NCBI GenBank assembly: GCA_017539215.1
Contig: JAFYHI010000032.1
Span: 1-60,760 of the forward strand
Length of the DNA: 60,760 nt
DNA from: Clostridia bacterium
Lineage (GTDB): Bacteria > Bacillota > Clostridia > Christensenellales > CAG-138
Reading direction: 5' to 3'
The position numbers and the translations under genes were made by a program. This document shows positions 57,789-60,760 of the stretch, piece by piece. The notes beneath the pieces are model-generated. The model was given only the letters and a program-made list of their open reading frames with translations, ran no database searches and had not been told where the DNA came from. Within the stretch, counting starts at the first letter, position 1, and each line of letters begins with the position of its first letter.

Positions 57789-58943
57789 TTATTTTTGCAG
57801 CAGCCTCACTATCCACGACCTGTGCACAAGCATTGCCGCCTCGGGGCAGAACTCCTGACAGCAGAAGCAGCGTATGCACTTTTTGCGGTCTATGCGCGGG
57901 GTCTTTTTGCCGCGCGTCGGGCGCATCTCTATGGCCTTTGCGGGGCACAGACGCATGCACTTGCCGCAGGAGATGCACCTATTCGGCACGGGCTTGGGGC
58001 GCTGTTCAAGCGCTTTCTGCACTATGCCGCCAACGAAATCAAAGCGCGAGCCCTTCAAAAACGAAATCGACTGCCGCGGCACCGAGGCAAAGTCCGCGAC
58101 TCTTACGGCCTCCGGGTCGCCGTAAAGGGCTATATCCTTAAGCTCCCCGCACAGCCCGCGCCGCCTTGCTGCGGCAAGCGTCGGCACGCCCCTTTCGTCA
58201 AGGGCTATGAGCCGCGCCGCGACCGCGTCCGCCTCGTATGGCGTCAGGGCCGCTATCACCGCGCCGATATGCCTTGGCGTGCCCGCGGTGGGGCCGTTGC
58301 CCTCCATGCCGTCGACCGCGTCTATCAGCGAAAGACGGGGCCTGAAATGCTCGTTTATATCCACAAGCATATCGGCAAAGTCGTCCACCTCGGGATAAAG
58401 GTAATGCGTTTCGGGCTTGATAAGGCCCGGTATCACGCCGTACATATTCTTGACGGCGGCGCTCATGCCCACCATGCCGTGCGCCTTAAGCTTTGCAAAG
58501 TCTATTATCGCGTCGCAGTCGTCAAGGTAATCGGTGTAGGTCAGCCGCTTCATGGCCGCGCCGTCAATGCTCACGGTGTGCGAGGCGGTGTTGAGGTTCA
58601 GCTTTGCCCCGACTTTTTCGGCCTCCGTCATGCCCGTCACGCGGTAGTTGTGCTCGAGCGAGGCGGGGGTAAACACGCCCCCCGGGCTGTCGCCCACGGT
58701 CACGGCCGCCCCGCGCTCGGTCAGCATCCGCGTCAGCGCCGCAACAAGGCTCGGGTGCGTGGTGGCGCAGGCCGACGGCGGCAGGGGCGCTACAAGATTC
58801 GCCTTTATGACTATCCGCATGCCGGGCCGCACGAAACCGAGCCCGTCAATCGCGCCTATCGCGCGGGCGAGCGCCGCCCCGGCCTCGGAGTAATCGGCGC
58901 AGGGAACTACCGCACAGGTGTATTTTTCAGCCGTTTCCGCCAT
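57789..58943 (-). CDS. DUF362 protein with C-terminal 2x[4Fe-4S] ferredoxin domain
   Basis: IKANL, TTHP, GDSPGG, KLKAH, GMEGNGP, CISCGKCMRLCP and CIRCFCCQEFCP. Confidence 0.88.
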   Translation of the reverse strand: MAETAEKYTCAVVPCADYSEAGAALARAIGAIDGLGFVRPGMRIVIKANLVAPLPPSACATTHPSLVAALTRMLTERGAAVTVGDSPGGVFTPASLEHNYRVTGMTEAEKVGAKLNLNTASHTVSIDGAAMKRLTYTDYLDDCDAIIDFAKLKAHGMVGMSAAVKNMYGVIPGLIKPETHYLYPEVDDFADMLVDINEHFRPRLSLIDAVDGMEGNGPTAGTPRHIGAVIAALTPYEADAVAARLIALDERGVPTLAAARRRGLCGELKDIALYGDPEAVRVADFASVPRQSISFLKGSRFDFVGGIVQKALEQRPKPVPNRCISCGKCMRLCPAKAIEMRPTRGKKTPRIDRKKCIRCFCCQEFCPEAAMLVHRSWIVRLLQK

Positions 58944-58952
58944 AAAACCGCG

Positions 58953-59486
58953 TCAGCCGAGTATCAGCGCGGCGAACGCCTCCTTCATATAGTCCACGTC
59001 GGCGTTGAGCCCCGCAAGCCCGCACAGGAACGGCAGCACGGCGGAGAGCATACGCTTCATCCTTGCAGCGGCTTCGGCGGGCAGGCGCAGCGCGCCCACC
59101 TCGATTATCACGTTCCACTCGCCCATGGCGCGGTCTATCGTCTGTTCCAGCGCGGTGTCGGGCTCGACGGCGTTGTTCAGCGCCATAAATACGCGCAGCG
59201 CGTTTCCGGCCGTAAATGCGTCGCACAGGCCGTTCAGGGCCTCCTCGGGGTCGCCGGCCTCGCGCACGGTGTCCACCCACGCCATAAGCCTGCCGCTAAT
59301 GCCCTTTACGCAGCGCTCGGCGGCGGCGTTCACAAGCTCGTCTTTAGTGGGAAAATAGTAGTAAAGCGTGCCCTTGCTCATATCAAGGCGCTTTGCGATG
59401 TCTCCAAGGCTCGCGCCGTAAACGCCCCTTTCGGCAAACAGCTCCGACGCGGCCTGCAGAATGGCTTCAAAGGTTTGGTCTTTCAT
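58953..59486 (-). CDS. TetR/AcrR family regulator
   Basis: ILQAASELFAERG..SLGDIAKRLDMSKGTLYYYFPTKDEL. Confidence 0.9.
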   Translation of the reverse strand: MKDQTFEAILQAASELFAERGVYGASLGDIAKRLDMSKGTLYYYFPTKDELVNAAAERCVKGISGRLMAWVDTVREAGDPEEALNGLCDAFTAGNALRVFMALNNAVEPDTALEQTIDRAMGEWNVIIEVGALRLPAEAAARMKRMLSAVLPFLCGLAGLNADVDYMKEAFAALILG

Positions 59487-59577
59487 GCCGGCCCCCTTTC
59501 AAACGTCTTTATCGGATTATATCAGAATCCGGCTCAAAATAAAAGTCCTGAGGCAAAAATCGCGCATATAATGGAAT

Positions 59578-60459
59578 ATGAGCAGTTGGTATAAAAGAAT
59601 GGCGCTGGCGGGCCGTGTGCGAGGCAGCGCACTGATATGGGAGAACGGCGGAAAAACGCAGGTCGAGTTCAGCCTGCAGGGGGCGAGAGGACGCTATACG
59701 GCGATAGCCGCGGGAAGGAGCGGCATTGAAACGGCGGAGCTGATTAACGGCCGTGCGGCGTTTTCGGCAAAAGGGATATGCGGGCTGGCCCTTGCGCAGG
59801 AGGGACGGCTTGCGGCGGTGGGTTTTTCCGCCCCGTGCAAGGGCGACCGCGAAACGCTTACAGCCCGTATGCGCCTGCTTGCGGCAGAGAGCTTTGACGC
59901 CGAAAAGTATCCGCAGAGCGCATCCTTGCCCGCCCGGGCGGAGGCCGGGCAGCCCGCACAGCCGATCGCCGCGGAGAACGGAGGCGTGACGGGCGGCGGT
60001 GCAGCCGCGGCCCGTCGCCCTGCACGGGATGAGGCGGCGAAGGAGGCGGCTCCGCAGACCGAAAAAAGCGAAGAAAGCCGCTCAGAGCCGCGCATGGGCC
60101 GTCAGACGGGCTTTGGAACGTCGCCGGTGACGCTTGGCATATTGGAGCAGGCAAAGCGCCTGTATGGCATGCTGTACCCCGGGCAAACGCGGGAAGCGCA
60201 TATTGAGCCGCGTGAGCGGCCGCGGACAGAAGCATTGCTGGAAAGCGGAGGCATGCGCCGCATCGGGAACCCGTTTCCGGCAAGCTTTCCCGGATGGGAG
60301 TGGTTTGAAACGCCCGAGGGCACGCTTGAAGGCAGGCAGAGCCCGGACGGCGTGCGAAGGGCCGCGGCGTATCCGCTGGCGGCAGGCGGGCGCATCAGGG
60401 GACGGGGACGGACGATCGCCGCAGGGAACGGGCGGCGGTACTACGTTGAGCTGCTGTAA
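59578..60459 (+). CDS. Hypothetical protein
   Basis: 293-aa ORF filling the gap before the tRNA promoter; no recognised motif. Confidence 0.5.
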   Translation: MSSWYKRMALAGRVRGSALIWENGGKTQVEFSLQGARGRYTAIAAGRSGIETAELINGRAAFSAKGICGLALAQEGRLAAVGFSAPCKGDRETLTARMRLLAAESFDAEKYPQSASLPARAEAGQPAQPIAAENGGVTGGGAAAARRPARDEAAKEAAPQTEKSEESRSEPRMGRQTGFGTSPVTLGILEQAKRLYGMLYPGQTREAHIEPRERPRTEALLESGGMRRIGNPFPASFPGWEWFETPEGTLEGRQSPDGVRRAAAYPLAAGGRIRGRGRTIAAGNGRRYYVELL

Positions 60460-60523
60460 AAGTGCTTTGAAACGGGGAAAAAGGGAGGCCGAAAAAATAT
60501 TTTCGATTTTTTGAATTTAGGGG

Positions 60524-60552
60524 TTGACAATGGGCCGCCGTTCGTGTAGAAT
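60524..60552 (+). promoter_or_regulatory. Strong sigma-A promoter of the tRNA cluster
   Basis: TTGACA-17-TAGAAT with an AT-rich UP element. Confidence 0.85.
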
Positions 60553-60576
60553 ATTCAAGCCGTGTGAAGCGGCTTA

Positions 60577-60652
60577 GGAAGCATAGCTCAGCTGGGAGAG
60601 CACCTGCCTTACAAGCAGGGGGTCATAGGTTCGAGCCCTATTGTTTCCACCA
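60577..60652 (+). tRNA. tRNA-Val (TAC)
   Basis: GGAAGCATAGCTCAGCTGGGAGAGCACCTGCCTTACAAGCAGGGGGTCATAGGTTCGAGCCCTATTGTTTCCACCA. Confidence 0.97.
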
Positions 60653-60655
60653 TTC

Positions 60656-60732
60656 GGCCCGGTAGTTCAGTTGGTTAGAATGCCAGCCTGTCACGCTGGA
60701 GGTCAGGGGTTCGAGCCCCCTTCGGGTCGCCA
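60656..60732 (+). tRNA. tRNA-Asp (GTC)
   Basis: GGCCCGGTAGTTCAGTTGGTTAGAATGCCAGCCTGTCACGCTGGAGGTCAGGGGTTCGAGCCCCCTTCGGGTCGCCA. Confidence 0.97.
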
Positions 60733-60737
60733 TATTT

Positions 60738-60760
60738 GCCTCGGTAGCTCAGTAGGTAGA
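60738..60760 (+). tRNA. 5' part of a further tRNA, truncated by the window end (possibly Phe)
   Basis: GCCTCGGTAGCTCAGTAGGTAGA gives acceptor stem and D arm; anticodon not visible. Confidence 0.75.

Noticed and set aside
57795-59594. Long antisense ORFs (599 aa here; also 31707-33302, 30427-31683, 49115-50419)
   Set aside because: Shadow frames of well-supported genes on the opposite strand, expected in GC-rich DNA

Overview
A 60.8 kb chromosomal window from a GC-rich Firmicute, probably Clostridia (judged from gene content, dockerin/LRR surface proteins, SAM-I riboswitch and AddB; taxonomy is inference). Most of it is housekeeping: guaA, xpt, a short alaS, ybaB-recR, metK with a SAM-I riboswitch, a BMP-type nucleoside ABC transporter with tdk, lgt, addB, a tldD/tldE-like pair, two ECF sigma/anti-sigma pairs, OhrR-like/Gpx, tRNA-Lys and a Val-Asp-(partial) tRNA cluster. 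Accessory DNA: (i) the probable end of an element integrated at the guaA 3' end (1-322); (ii) a 4.1 kb integrase-less island between 21-bp direct repeats of the tRNA-Lys 3' end, carrying a fused endonuclease-methyltransferase, a specificity subunit, and a 59-aa ribbon-helix-helix gene missing from the ORF track, with a candidate operator over the promoter. The most interesting observations are a ~170-nt, multi-stem, end-closed RNA-like element directly downstream of a DIP1984-family gene (candidate protein + ncRNA system), a DnaA outside the oriC gene context with an altered DNA-recognition signature, and the RHH-regulated RM mini-island. All family calls come from motif recognition by eye; no searches were run.
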